Positions 20,426 through 31,322 of a stretch of DNA of 64,000 bases are shown one piece after another. A program made the position numbers and the translations under genes. Below the pieces are notes generated by a model. It had not been told where the DNA came from, did not search any database, and saw only the letters and a program-made list of their open reading frames with translations. The number at the start of each line of letters is the position of its first letter. Position 1 is the first letter of the stretch. This stretch comes from Candidatus Micrarchaeia archaeon (GTDB taxonomy: Archaea > Micrarchaeota > Micrarchaeia > CABMEP01): NCBI GenBank assembly GCA_038886535.1, contig JAVZXS010000002.1:160001-224000 (forward strand). The letters are read 5' to 3'.

Positions 20426-22987
20426 TTATTCTTTCTCAGGTACGCCTACAGGTGTTAAGAGCTCTTCTTTTATTTTCTTTATTTTCATAGTGTCTCTTCC
20501 ATCTCCACCATATATGAATTGTACGATCTTTCCACTTCCGTCTCTAACACTGTAATCATCTTTTACAATCAGATCCTGAAGTGCATTAATCATTCTTCTT
20601 TGCATGTATCCAGATCGTGCAGTTCTTATTGCAGTGTTAACTATAGATTCTCTTGCAGACATGGATTGGAAGAAGTACTCAATCGGGTCAAGACCATCTA
20701 TAAAATTGGATCTAATAAATCCTCGAGCTACAGCACTTAAATCCTTTGGTTTAAAGTGAGAAAGTGTCCTATATCTGTATCCTCTGTGTAATCTTTTTTC
20801 TCTTACTACTTGCTGTGCAACAGCTCCAGACATCTGTGTAACGTTTGTCATAGAACCTCTCGCTCCAATCTTTGCTATTATAATAGCATTATTTTCTTGA
20901 CCTAAGTCCTCTTCTAATACTTTACTCATATCATTTCTAATTTTTCCAAGAGTATCAACCGCTTTACTCTCTAAGGTTTCTTTAAGACTCTTTCCAGGTT
21001 CTCTTTCAAGAGTTTTATTCTTATATTGCATTATGTATACATTTACTTGCTTTTCCGCATTTTCAACAATTTCTTTGATCTTTTTCTTTCCTTCTTCAGA
21101 TACAGTGTAATCCTTCAAACTTACAGTCATTCCCTTTATAGTTATAATTTCAGCTGCAATTCTTCCGATAGCATCTATGAATTTTCTTGCTTCTTCATGC
21201 CCATAATTTAAGGTTATTGCTTCTACAATTGCATTTAAAGATTTCTTTTCAAAATATCCACTTATCACTTTTCCATCTTTTATTTCAACAATGCTTTTAT
21301 CACTACCCTTCTTTCCAATTTTAGATTCAACCCTAAGATTCAATCCCTTTGGCAAAATTTGAGAGAGTATCAATTTTCCACTATATCTATCTTTTACATC
21401 TGGTTTAGGAAGTTCATATATTCCTGCCATAGCTAAAAGGTCTGCTGCTTGGCTTTTTGTGAATGTTGTTTCATCAAGTGATAAAAGATAGGTTCCAGTT
21501 ATACGATCTTGTGTCGGACCAATTATTGCATGGCCATGACGTGGTGAAATTATTTGTTTTTCTACCAGCATTAATGTTTCAGCCTCTGCTCTCGCCTCTT
21601 CTTTCTGAGGAACATGTATATTCATTTCATCTCCATCGAAGTCAGCATTGTATGGGGTTGTGACAGAGGGTGGAACTCTGAACGTCTTTCCAGGTAATAT
21701 CTTTACTCTGTGAGCCATTATAGACATTCTGTGAAGAGATGGATAACGATTGAATAATACTATATCTCCATCCATGAGTTGTCTTTCAACAGTCCATCCA
21801 GCAGCAATTTCCTTTATTAATTCTTCTTTATTAGCGTCTGTAACCTTTCTTCTTCTTCCATTTGGAGAGGTTACATAAATAGCTCTTGGTTTTTCATTTG
21901 AAGTTATCATTTTCTTGCATTCCTCAAGGTTCCAGTCAGTAACTTTAACAGGCACAGTCAATTCATCAGCTATCTGCTGTGGAACTCCTACTTCATTTAT
22001 AGAGATGCATCCGTCCGGGGACACTACAGTTCTTGCACTGAAGTTTACTCTTTTTCCAGAAAGGTTGTATCTGAATCTTCCCTCCTTTCCTTTAAGACGT
22101 TGGGCCAATGTTTTTAATGGCATTCCTGACCTGTGAGTTGCAGGAGGTATGTTAGGGCTTTCGTTATTGAAATAAGTGGTAACATGATATTGGAGAAGTT
22201 CCCACAAATCCTCTATGATGAGTTGAGGTGCCCCTGCATTTATGTTAGATTCCAATCTCTGATTTATTCTCAAAACTTCTACAAGCTTATGAGTAAGGTT
22301 GTCTTCGCTTCTTTCACCACTTTCAAGAGTTATAGAAGGTCTTACATTGACAGGTGGAACAGGTAAAACGGTAAGGACTGCCCATTCAGGTCTGCTGTAT
22401 TCAGGATCAAAGCCTAGCTCTCTTAAGTCATCATCCGAAATCTTAGCTAATCTGTCTCTTACCTCTGTAGGAAGCATTAATCTGTCATCTTCATAGAAGT
22501 TGGTTGGTCTCTCAAACTTTATTTCTTTTTGTTCAGTTTGGCAGTGAGGACACTTCTTAACTTTCTTAGTTCTTGCAAGAATTGTAGCAATCATTTCGTC
22601 CCTTGTCATTAAGCTACTTTTTATTTCATCTATTTCCTCCTTTGTAAGTAGTACTTTTCCACATGAATTACAAGTTGACCTTAGAAACATATATATCATT
22701 GGGGCGAATTCTGGATGTATCACAGGCCTTATCAGTTCTATTGAACCAAAATGACCAGGGCATGTTCTGACTGTTCCTCCACATGTCTTACATCTTAAAC
22801 CAGGATCTATAACACCCATTCTTAAGTCTGCAAATCCTCCTTCAATAGGATATCCATCATCATTATATGTATCAGGTACAAAAAGTTTTACTGCAGACAT
22901 CTTTCTAATCATCTCTGGAGAGAAAAGAGTGAACTTTATTTTACTTATGTATTTTTCGAAAATTTCATTTTCATCTAATGTTGCCAC
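20426..22987 (-). CDS. rpo1N: RNA polymerase subunit A' (Rpo1N)
   Basis: [15 protein letters not shown], catalytic NADFDGD, SGYMQRR; probable GTG start 22987 after GGTGGT. Confidence 0.98.
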   Translation of the reverse strand: MATLDENEIFEKYISKIKFTLFSPEMIRKMSAVKLFVPDTYNDDGYPIEGGFADLRMGVIDPGLRCKTCGGTVRTCPGHFGSIELIRPVIHPEFAPMIYMFLRSTCNSCGKVLLTKEEIDEIKSSLMTRDEMIATILARTKKVKKCPHCQTEQKEIKFERPTNFYEDDRLMLPTEVRDRLAKISDDDLRELGFDPEYSRPEWAVLTVLPVPPVNVRPSITLESGERSEDNLTHKLVEVLRINQRLESNINAGAPQLIIEDLWELLQYHVTTYFNNESPNIPPATHRSGMPLKTLAQRLKGKEGRFRYNLSGKRVNFSARTVVSPDGCISINEVGVPQQIADELTVPVKVTDWNLEECKKMITSNEKPRAIYVTSPNGRRRKVTDANKEELIKEIAAGWTVERQLMDGDIVLFNRYPSLHRMSIMAHRVKILPGKTFRVPPSVTTPYNADFDGDEMNIHVPQKEEARAEAETLMLVEKQIISPRHGHAIIGPTQDRITGTYLLSLDETTFTKSQAADLLAMAGIYELPKPDVKDRYSGKLILSQILPKGLNLRVESKIGKKGSDKSIVEIKDGKVISGYFEKKSLNAIVEAITLNYGHEEARKFIDAIGRIAAEIITIKGMTVSLKDYTVSEEGKKKIKEIVENAEKQVNVYIMQYKNKTLEREPGKSLKETLESKAVDTLGKIRNDMSKVLEEDLGQENNAIIIAKIGARGSMTNVTQMSGAVAQQVVREKRLHRGYRYRTLSHFKPKDLSAVARGFIRSNFIDGLDPIEYFFQSMSARESIVNTAIRTARSGYMQRRMINALQDLIVKDDYSVRDGSGKIVQFIYGGDGRDTMKIKKIKEELLTPVGVPEKE

Positions 22988-23024
22988 ACTACCACCATTA
23001 ATATTATAAACAAATAATGAAAAA

Positions 23025-24857
23025 CTATTCATCTGTCTTATTGCTTGTAATCATTCTTGGGAAGATTCCGAGTGATTTTATTTCATCAATTAGAAGTTTA
23101 AATGCATAAGACATCTCTACTTGTGAGAAGTTTGTAGAATCGCAGATAGGACATATTGGTTTGTTCTTGAGATAATCATAGTATCCAAACGACCCACATT
23201 CATTACAGATTATCTGGACTGTTTTATCTGATTCATCCATTAAACGTTCTTTGAGTAGCATAGTTGCTCCATATCCTATGATACAATCTCTTTCCATTTC
23301 TCCTAATCTAAGACCACCTTCTCTTGATCTTCCTTCTGTTGGCTGGTGGGTCAAAAGTTGTACTGGACCTCTACTTCTTGCATGTATTTTGTTAGAGACA
23401 AGATGTTGCAGTCTTTGATAGTAGATTACACCTATAAATATCTCTGCTTCAATTCTTTCTCCTGTAACACCATCATAAAGAACTTCATAACCATTAGGTT
23501 CAAATCCGTATTTCTTTAAAGTTTCTTTTGCCTCATCTAAATTCGCTGGTGTGAAAGTAGTTCCATCAACACGTTTTCCTTCGAAACAAGCAGCCTTTCC
23601 TAAGAGTGTTTCAAGAAGATGACCAACTGTCATACGAGAAGGAATTGCGTGGGGGTTAATAATCAAATCAGGTACAATACCATCTTTTGTAAACGGCATA
23701 CTCTCCTGAGGTACAAGTAATCCTATAACTCCTTTCTGTCCGTGTCTAGATGCAACTTTGTCACCATTTTCAGGTATTTTTGTTTCTCTTACTCTAACCT
23801 TCACCATTTTATTTCCAGAAGGACTTTGGGTAATAAGAACAGAATCGACTATTCCTTTTTCTTCTGCCTTAAGTGTAACTGAACTCTCTTTCTTTTTTTC
23901 TTCAGCTATTCCAAATGCACTCACTTCTTCGAGGAATCTTGGAGGAGAAGTTTTTCCTACTAATACATCTCTTCCTCCTACTTCTATTCCAGGTGATATT
24001 AATCCATCTTCATCTAAATATTTATATGCATTCTCTCCTCTATACCCATTAACTGTAGGGACAGGAATTTCAAATTTATCTTTTTGTCCTCCAGGATACC
24101 TTCTTTCCTCTGTCGAATACGTTTTAAACATTTCAACTCTAAGTAATCCCCTGTCTACAGCGGATTTGTTAACAACAACTGCATCTTCCATGTTGAATCC
24201 TCTATAACTCATTACTGCAACAACCAAATTATTTCCTCCTATTCTTTTATCAGTTCCAAGTATCTTTTGAGGCCTAGTTGTTACAATTGGAGTTTGAGGA
24301 TAGAACATCACATACGCTTTTGTATCGTATCTCAATGAATAGTTGGAAGCATATAATCCCAGCGCCTGTTTAGCCATAGAGCAAGCCATGGTAGTTCTTG
24401 GTGATGAATTGTATTCTTGCATTGGCAGTTGAGATGTAACGAAACTGAGTATACCTACTGGATCGATTTCAAGGTGTGTGTGCTCTGGCGTTATATCTTC
24501 TTCTCTAACTGCTATATAAGAAAGAGTGTCTTCCTCTCCAGGATCCAAATACTCTATTATACCGTTTCTTATTAAATCTTTCCATTCAATTTCATTGTTT
24601 TTTATTTTCGCTTTAATTTCTGGGGTTAGCTTAGATTTTCCATTTTCTACTATTATTAAAGGTCTTCTGCTTCTTCCTCCATCGCTGTTTATGTAGACTT
24701 CTTTAAGCTTTGGATAAAATTCTACATTAACCTCATGATTTATTTCACCGTTTCTTCTTTTTCTAATTATCTCGCGTACGAGCTCTTCACCATTTGGATG
24801 AGAACCAACAATTTTACCATTAAGATATACTATGAATTCATCACTTTTCTTTGCCAC
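23025..24857 (-). CDS. rpo2C: RNA polymerase subunit B' (Rpo2C)
   Basis: GDKVASRHGQKG, NPHAIPSRMT, GGLRLGEMERD, C-terminal Zn ribbon; GTG start 24857 (or 24863). Confidence 0.97.
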   Translation of the reverse strand: MAKKSDEFIVYLNGKIVGSHPNGEELVREIIRKRRNGEINHEVNVEFYPKLKEVYINSDGGRSRRPLIIVENGKSKLTPEIKAKIKNNEIEWKDLIRNGIIEYLDPGEEDTLSYIAVREEDITPEHTHLEIDPVGILSFVTSQLPMQEYNSSPRTTMACSMAKQALGLYASNYSLRYDTKAYVMFYPQTPIVTTRPQKILGTDKRIGGNNLVVAVMSYRGFNMEDAVVVNKSAVDRGLLRVEMFKTYSTEERRYPGGQKDKFEIPVPTVNGYRGENAYKYLDEDGLISPGIEVGGRDVLVGKTSPPRFLEEVSAFGIAEEKKKESSVTLKAEEKGIVDSVLITQSPSGNKMVKVRVRETKIPENGDKVASRHGQKGVIGLLVPQESMPFTKDGIVPDLIINPHAIPSRMTVGHLLETLLGKAACFEGKRVDGTTFTPANLDEAKETLKKYGFEPNGYEVLYDGVTGERIEAEIFIGVIYYQRLQHLVSNKIHARSRGPVQLLTHQPTEGRSREGGLRLGEMERDCIIGYGATMLLKERLMDESDKTVQIICNECGSFGYYDYLKNKPICPICDSTNFSQVEMSYAFKLLIDEIKSLGIFPRMITSNKTDE

Positions 24858-24915
24858 GTTCACACCTTTTTAATTTAGTATTAACATCAAATATTGAAAC
24901 TCATCATTGTGAAAA

Positions 24916-26382
24916 TCATTTTATAGCTGTTACTCCAATTTTCTTTAGAATACTCTCCACTTCTTTTTCATCTACTCCAATTGAAATTTCGTTTGTTAAA
25001 GCCATATTCTTAACTAGAGATGCAGATGCACCTTCAGGAGTTTCATTTGGACATAACCTTCCAAACTGAGTTCCATGCAGATCTCTTGCTTCAAAGTGAG
25101 GATGCACTCTGCTAAGTGGTGAATTAATTCTTCTTAAATGCGATACTGTCGCTAAATAAGAAACTCTATCAAGAAGTTGACATACTCCTGTTTGACCGGC
25201 TATCCAGTTTCCAGTAGCCATTGCATATCTTATTCTATCACTTAAAGAATCAGGTCTCACAAATGTTTGTACGTCCTGTAATCTTCTTCCTCTTGCAACA
25301 GCTCTTTCTGCTTGGTAGGCTATATCTCTTACCAAGAACTGGAATGAGTATCTAAATAACTCTTCCATCAAAACTCCACTTAATTTAATTCTTTTATTTC
25401 CATAATGGTCTTTATCATCTGCAGGATATTTCTTGTTTGCTACAAGTGTTGTTCTTTGTGCCATTAATGCAAGGAATTTTGCTTTAAGATGCTTTGCAGC
25501 GGGAGTAGTTCCAAAATGAGGTAGCAAATAATTGTTTAACAACACTTCTACTCTTTTATCTCTATATTCTTTGGGTTGTCCAGGAACTGCTTTTTTACCA
25601 ATCTCATCTATTGCATCATCAACAGTCTTTACCTCACCAATTTCTATATTTAAAAGTACATCATTGATTATCTGCTTATCGTCGTCAAATAATTCAAGTA
25701 TATCCTCATCTTTCTTTATTCCAAGAGCACGAAGTACAACCATGAACGGTAGCTTAGGTGGAGCAGCTGGAAATTCAATAGTCCATGTACCATCTTCTGA
25801 TCTGTTTACCGCACATCTCATTCTTGCTCCGCCGCTTTGTGAAAATATCTTCGCTGTGATTATTGATCCTTGTTTTTCTTTGGTTACCATAATTCTATTT
25901 GCAATCAAATCCTCTATTCCGATTAAAACTCTTTCTGTTCCATTTATGATCATGTATCCTCCCGGATCCATTGGGTCTTCTCCTGCTTTTATCAGTTCTC
26001 CTCTTGACATTCCTTCAGTATAGCATATTTTCGATCTTACCATAGCAGGAATGTCTCCAATATATGCAATTGTAGTTTTTCTTTCAATATCATTTATTAT
26101 CGGGGTTATTTCCATATATACTCTTCCAGCATAAGTTAGGTCTCTTTGTCTTGCTTCCATAGGTAGAATCGGTCTTGTTGCAGAATCAGCTTCAATAACC
26201 ATAGGTTTCTCAACCCATGCCCTCCCAAGCTTAAGTTCATAATTCGGGACATTAGGCCTTATTACTCCAACTGAACTTACTATTCTTTGTATTCCTTCTT
26301 CTATAAACCTATTATATGAGTCAAGATGCTGCTTGACTAATTTATTTTCATTTAAATATTTCTCTAACAGATCCTTTGTCAC
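24916..26382 (-). CDS. rpo2N: RNA polymerase subunit B'' (Rpo2N)
   Basis: QHLDSYN, DPGGYMIINGTER, DDKDHYGNKR, CPNETPEG; GTG start. Confidence 0.97.
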   Translation of the reverse strand: MTKDLLEKYLNENKLVKQHLDSYNRFIEEGIQRIVSSVGVIRPNVPNYELKLGRAWVEKPMVIEADSATRPILPMEARQRDLTYAGRVYMEITPIINDIERKTTIAYIGDIPAMVRSKICYTEGMSRGELIKAGEDPMDPGGYMIINGTERVLIGIEDLIANRIMVTKEKQGSIITAKIFSQSGGARMRCAVNRSEDGTWTIEFPAAPPKLPFMVVLRALGIKKDEDILELFDDDKQIINDVLLNIEIGEVKTVDDAIDEIGKKAVPGQPKEYRDKRVEVLLNNYLLPHFGTTPAAKHLKAKFLALMAQRTTLVANKKYPADDKDHYGNKRIKLSGVLMEELFRYSFQFLVRDIAYQAERAVARGRRLQDVQTFVRPDSLSDRIRYAMATGNWIAGQTGVCQLLDRVSYLATVSHLRRINSPLSRVHPHFEARDLHGTQFGRLCPNETPEGASASLVKNMALTNEISIGVDEKEVESILKKIGVTAIK

Positions 26383-26470
26383 GTAATCATCCCCATGAGC
26401 CGGATTTTATAAGTTTTTAGATCTCATTCGAGATCTAAGCTTTTAGATCAAGATCAAAAACAGAGGCACA

Positions 26471-26737
26471 TCAAACAACCACTCTATAATAAATACTTTT
26501 TGCATGCCTTTCTTCTCTGTATATTTTTATTATGTCTCCTTTTTTCGGATTAAGATGTCTTATAGCCGGATCATCTATTTTAATTTTTGGTAACTGTTCT
26601 TTTGTAACATTAAGGCTCTCCAGCAACTTTTTTTCTTCTTCTTCTTTTAATATTTCATGCTTAGGAATTAGTTTATGCACTATAGGTTCATTTTCAAAAT
26701 TCGAAGTTTCGTGTTTTTTAACCTTAGTTTTGGCCAA
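26471..26737 (-). CDS. rpo5: RNA polymerase subunit H (Rpo5)
   Basis: HKLIPKHEIL, QLPKI..DPA, YYRVV; TTG start after GGTGGT. Confidence 0.96.
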   Translation of the reverse strand: MAKTKVKKHETSNFENEPIVHKLIPKHEILKEEEEKKLLESLNVTKEQLPKIKIDDPAIRHLNPKKGDIIKIYREERHAKSIYYRVVV

Positions 26738-26969
26738 ATTACCACCATAGAATGCCGGTTAGATATCACTAAGGATAGCCTAACAACTAGCATTTCTTTC
26801 AGAGATCTAGATCTAAAAGCAAAATATATTAGTTATTAAGATTTATAAATATTTTGTTACTTTTAGATTTTTTTTCTTTTTTAATCGGCCAGTGGGATTT
26901 TTGGTTAGTTTTTTAAAACTCACTACATATTTCAATAATATAATTCAAATGTAATTAATCAGTGATAGA

Positions 26970-27338
26970 ATGAATGATATAGAAGAGAGGCTTTCTTTAA
27001 TACTTAAAGAAATTAAAAGTTCAGGAGATGTCGAGGCTTCTGTTATAATGAGAAGAGATGGAATAATTATATCTTCAGATTTTCAAAACATTTCTTCAAA
27101 AAATCTTTCAGTTATATCCTCCCTTATTTCAGTTGCTGAGTTATCTTCCCTAGAATTAAAACGTGGTGTTTTTCAAGAGATGATGATTGAGAGTGAAAAT
27201 GGTAAGATTATTTTAATTAATGCAGGAAAAAATGCAGTTTTACTTTCATTTGTTAAAAAGGAAGGAAATATAGGTTTTATTTTAATTACTTTAGAAAGCG
27301 CAGCAAAGAAGATACAAAGTATAATCGATAAAATTTAG
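26970..27338 (+). CDS. Roadblock/LC7 domain protein
   Basis: SVIMRRDGIIISS, IESENGKIIL, GNIGFIL pattern; 122 aa. Confidence 0.88.
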   Translation: MNDIEERLSLILKEIKSSGDVEASVIMRRDGIIISSDFQNISSKNLSVISSLISVAELSSLELKRGVFQEMMIESENGKIILINAGKNAVLLSFVKKEGNIGFILITLESAAKKIQSIIDKI

Positions 27339-27363
27339 AAATTATATTTGATAGGTAGATAAA

Positions 27364-28101
27364 ATGGAAAATACAGTGAAGAGGAAGTTATTCTTTACCT
27401 CTCCTCCTAGGGTTCCTTCAGGTATATTTGGACTTGATGACATGATGGAGGGAGGTTTCGAAAAAAACAGTTTAAATCTCGTATGTGGAGAATTAGGATC
27501 AGGAAAAACTTTGTTTGCAATGCAATTCGTTTTCTTCGGTGCACAAAAGTATAATGATAATTCATTATTTATATCATTTGAAGAGACAAAGGATGAATTA
27601 AGAAGGAGAATGGGGAGATTTGGCTTTGATCTTACAGCACAAGAGGCGAGTGGAAAACTTTTGATTTATTCTTATTCTCCAAGAGAAGTAAACAAATTTA
27701 TTGAGGATCTTCCTAATATAGAAAGCTTGATAAAAAAGAATAAAATATCTAGAATAGCATTTGATTCTCTTACAACATACTCTGCTTTCTTCGATAATCC
27801 TTCAAGGAGGTCACTTGAGGTAATTTCATTGATCGATAAACTCAAAAAACTAGATTGCACATTTGTTATCACTTCTGATCTTAAATTACCTTCTAAGACA
27901 CTAGAAGCAGAGGAAGGATTGATCAATGAATATTTAGTTGATTCAGTAATTTCACTTTATTCTGTGAGAAGGGGAGATATTAGAGATTTTGGACTTGAGA
28001 TAATAAAAATGAGAGGTACAAATCATAGTAGAAAGATAGTTCCAATGAGAATCATACCCACAGGGATGATTGTATATCCAGATATGCCATTTATTAAGTA
28101 A
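27364..28101 (+). CDS. Single-domain KaiC/RAD55-like ATPase
   Basis: SGIFGLD, GELGSGKT, SFEE, IAFDS, IIKMRGTNH. Confidence 0.9.
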   Translation: MENTVKRKLFFTSPPRVPSGIFGLDDMMEGGFEKNSLNLVCGELGSGKTLFAMQFVFFGAQKYNDNSLFISFEETKDELRRRMGRFGFDLTAQEASGKLLIYSYSPREVNKFIEDLPNIESLIKKNKISRIAFDSLTTYSAFFDNPSRRSLEVISLIDKLKKLDCTFVITSDLKLPSKTLEAEEGLINEYLVDSVISLYSVRRGDIRDFGLEIIKMRGTNHSRKIVPMRIIPTGMIVYPDMPFIK

Positions 28102-28154
28102 TCTTTATATAAGAATTCTAAAAATTATTTGATTAGGAAAATTATTTACTCTAG

Positions 28155-30182
28155 TTAGACGTTTAGTTCTTTTCTTAATTCTTTTATTAACCTTTCTTTT
28201 CTCTTACTGTCTTTAATTGCATGTTCAATTACATCTATTAGGTTGCTCACAGCTATTATCTCTATTTTCTTTCTTTTTTCTTCACTCAATACTATGTCAT
28301 CTAAATTCTCTTTCGGAACAATTACTGCCTTTAATCCTGCATCAACAGCTGCTTCAACTTTAGCTGTAACACCGCCCACTGGAAGAACTTGTCCTCTTAC
28401 ACTTAATGAACCTGTCATTGCAACATCCTGTTTTATTGCAACTCCTTCCATTGCACTTAAAACCGCGAGGGCAACAGAAATCGAAGCGCTATCTCCTTCT
28501 ACACCTTCATATGTTTGTAAAAATTGAATATGTATATCATAACCAGTTACATCTTTTTTCATATGTTTCTTTATTATTGCACTTACATTGTCGACTGCTT
28601 CTTTTGCAATCTCTCCAAGCTTTCCAGTTGCTATAACCTTTCCTTCGAATTTAGATGAAGCAGGAGTCACTTCCGCAACTATTGGCATTACTAATCCGCT
28701 GCTTCCATCTCCTATCACCGCCAACCCATTCACCCTCCCGACTTTTGCTCCATGGGTCTCTAAAACACTGTATTCTTTCTTTTGTTCAATCATCATATGT
28801 GCAAGTTGTTGTTCTATTGTTTTAGCAACTCCTTTTGCCTTAAGTACATGAGATACGTCTGTTACTGGAGAATTTTCACTTTTTGCTATGTCTCCTGCGG
28901 CCCTTATAAGACCACCTAGCTCTCTTAATTTTAATGTAAGTCTTTTCTTTCTACCTGCTTTTCTTTTTGCCTCTTTGATTATTTCTATAACTGCATCTCT
29001 TGTGAAGTGAGGGATTTTTCCGTCTTTCTTTACTTCCTGTGCAACGAATCTAACTAATTTCTCTCTATTTTCTTTAGTGTCTGGCATAGTATCGTTAAGG
29101 TATATTTCATATCCATATCCTCTTATTCTCGATCTTAATGCAGGATGCATGTTCTGAAGATCATTTAAATTTCCTGCTGCAACTAGAACAAAGTCACATG
29201 GAACAGGTTCAGTTCTGGTTAACGCTCCGCTTGACATTTCACTTTGACCTGTAATTGGAAATTTCTTTTCCTGCATTGCAGTGAGCAGATCTTGTTGTGA
29301 TTTTAGATTTAGTGTTCCAATTTCATCTATATAAAGAACACCCATGTCAGCCCTATGAATTGCTCCGCTCTCAACTCTGAGATGTGCTGGAGTACCCAAG
29401 CCTCCTGTTTGTAAAGGATCATGCCTGACGTCTCCAAAAAGGGCTCCAGCCTTAGCACCAGTAGCTTCGATAAAAGGTGCAGTTCTTCTTCCAGTATTGT
29501 CAACTATAAGTTTTGGTTCATTATACTCTTCTCTTCTGATTCCACTTTGAAGTCTTGATGTAAACATCCACATTGCAAGGAAGAATAATCCTCCAAGTAC
29601 AATAGCAGCAATTATTGAAGAGTATTTCTCAATTTCTGAAAGTACTGAAAGGTCTACAAATTGAAATATCAGCAAACCAATTAGAAGAATGATAAGTAAT
29701 TTAGTTATCCAAGATATGCCACCTTGTTTCTTTGGCATTAGTTTTTGCATCTTACTTGCAAGTATTATTTTCCTTCCCTGTCCAATTTTTTCCTCTTCAG
29801 GTGCATTTTCAGGTGGAAGTCCATTAGGATAGGTAAGTACTGTTTTTATCTTTGGATTATTCTCATCGAATTCATTTGGATATACTAATACATCCCTCAG
29901 GTTTTCTGCAGGCATTAATTCCGCCATTCCTTGTGCAAGCATACTTTTTCCAGTACCTGGAGAACCAAGAAGAAGAACGTTTCTTCTTTGTGCAGCGGCT
30001 TTCTTTACTATTTCTACTGCTTTATCCTGTCCTATTATTTGATCGATTATTTTTTCAGGTATTTTTATTTCTGCAGTTGTATTAAATTTAGGAATAGTCT
30101 TTTCGATATCTTCTAAGTCTTCACCGATTTTTGTTGTTTTTTTCTTTTCTTTTTTTAATTTTAATGTTTTCTCTTCCATCAA
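28155..30182 (-). CDS. lonB: Membrane-anchored Lon protease LonB
   Basis: GSPGTGKS, two TM helices in AAA domain, YIDEI, GDSAS catalytic Ser; no intein. Confidence 0.97.
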   Translation of the reverse strand: MMEEKTLKLKKEKKKTTKIGEDLEDIEKTIPKFNTTAEIKIPEKIIDQIIGQDKAVEIVKKAAAQRRNVLLLGSPGTGKSMLAQGMAELMPAENLRDVLVYPNEFDENNPKIKTVLTYPNGLPPENAPEEEKIGQGRKIILASKMQKLMPKKQGGISWITKLLIILLIGLLIFQFVDLSVLSEIEKYSSIIAAIVLGGLFFLAMWMFTSRLQSGIRREEYNEPKLIVDNTGRRTAPFIEATGAKAGALFGDVRHDPLQTGGLGTPAHLRVESGAIHRADMGVLYIDEIGTLNLKSQQDLLTAMQEKKFPITGQSEMSSGALTRTEPVPCDFVLVAAGNLNDLQNMHPALRSRIRGYGYEIYLNDTMPDTKENREKLVRFVAQEVKKDGKIPHFTRDAVIEIIKEAKRKAGRKKRLTLKLRELGGLIRAAGDIAKSENSPVTDVSHVLKAKGVAKTIEQQLAHMMIEQKKEYSVLETHGAKVGRVNGLAVIGDGSSGLVMPIVAEVTPASSKFEGKVIATGKLGEIAKEAVDNVSAIIKKHMKKDVTGYDIHIQFLQTYEGVEGDSASISVALAVLSAMEGVAIKQDVAMTGSLSVRGQVLPVGGVTAKVEAAVDAGLKAVIVPKENLDDIVLSEEKRKKIEIIAVSNLIDVIEHAIKDSKRKERLIKELRKELNV

Positions 30183-30246
30183 ATCACTATATTAATTATT
30201 AATATCAAACTAAAAATTTTAAAAAAATATATTTTCAACACTCTAT

Positions 30247-31035
30247 TTATTTCAATCTTGAAAAAGCAGTATCCCCCGATGGTAAAAGACGAATTACCTC
30301 ATCTTTTTTAAGACTTAGTTGCTTTGCGATTTTTTCTGCAACTATGTCTTTTGAATATCTTCCAGGTTGCAGAGTAAAACAAATCTTGAATTTATCTGCT
30401 CCACTTTCTTCTGGAAGACACAGAAGTTCACCATTTTCATTTAATCCGATAAGCAATTTTAATTGAACTCCTCTGAAGTAATTTTTTCTTCCAGAAATAA
30501 AAAAGCTTCCTTTTTGTAAATATTCTCCAGATGGTGGAGATTTGCTTACTTGATCTTTTGTTACATAATAAACGTCAATACTTCCGTATCCCGTCTTCCA
30601 TGCAGATGAATAACAAGCAGCGAATTGGGCAGTTTGTCTAAGAGATGATTCTGGTGCATTTTTTCCTTTTTTAAGTACTACAGCAGGAGCCCCAATTATA
30701 TCAGCGTGAAAAAATAAATCATCCTCTTCAAGTCTTTTTTTGACAATTTCTTCATTCTGTCCTGCGCTTTTTCCACCTATTGCTAAAAATCCATCTGTTG
30801 TAAAAAACCAATGATATTGGCTATACCATTCTTTCTTTTCTTGCTTTTTTTCTTGTTTTTCTTGCTTTTTTTCTTTTGATCTTTCTGTTTCTTCTTCTAT
30901 CTCTTTTTTTGTTTCTTCTATTGCTTTTTTTGTTTCTTCTAGTTTTCTTTTCATTTTTTTTGCATTTTCAAAATAAATATTTGCATTGTCAAAAACTTCT
31001 TTATTCGGATCGATTATTATTTCCATATCTATCAA
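30247..31035 (-). CDS. Short NFACT/Rqc2-like protein (coiled coil, NFACT-R, C-terminal domain)
   Basis: NANIYFENAKK, WYSQYHWF, GGKSAGQNE, FFHADIIGAP, VSKSPPSGEYL. Confidence 0.88.
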   Translation of the reverse strand: MIDMEIIIDPNKEVFDNANIYFENAKKMKRKLEETKKAIEETKKEIEEETERSKEKKQEKQEKKQEKKEWYSQYHWFFTTDGFLAIGGKSAGQNEEIVKKRLEEDDLFFHADIIGAPAVVLKKGKNAPESSLRQTAQFAACYSSAWKTGYGSIDVYYVTKDQVSKSPPSGEYLQKGSFFISGRKNYFRGVQLKLLIGLNENGELLCLPEESGADKFKICFTLQPGRYSKDIVAEKIAKQLSLKKDEVIRLLPSGDTAFSRLK

Positions 31036-31100
31036 TATTCCAAAATATTATAAATAAGTATAAATAAGATATTAAGAAGAAAAAATCTTAAAATAAGTCT

Positions 31101-31289
31101 TTATTCTTTTATCTTTGCCGCATATCTACCTGGAGTTTTTATTCCTAACTTCTTTGCGATTTCAGAAACTTCTGGATTAATTATTATTACCTCTCCACTC
31201 CATCTATCCGTCAATCGTTCGCTTCCACAGAGTGGACACTTGTTTTGACCTTTTGAAATATATTTACAATCTTTGCATGCTTTTTCCAT
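31101..31289 (-). CDS. spt4: Transcription elongation factor Spt4 (RpoE'')
   Basis: ACKDC..CPLCG, WSG, SEIAKKLGI..PGRYA. Confidence 0.96.
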   Translation of the reverse strand: MEKACKDCKYISKGQNKCPLCGSERLTDRWSGEVIIINPEVSEIAKKLGIKTPGRYAAKIKE

Positions 31290-31322
31290 ATAAACACCTG
31301 TAATGATTTATATTAAATTCGT

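Noticed and set aside
23025..26382. Split rpoB as a novelty or frameshift
   Set aside because: The B''/B' split is known in several archaeal lineages, and both halves have their own SD and start
30830..30960. Repetitive EKKQ/EETKK-coding sequence in the NFACT gene
   Set aside because: Low-complexity coiled-coil coding, not a DNA repeat element
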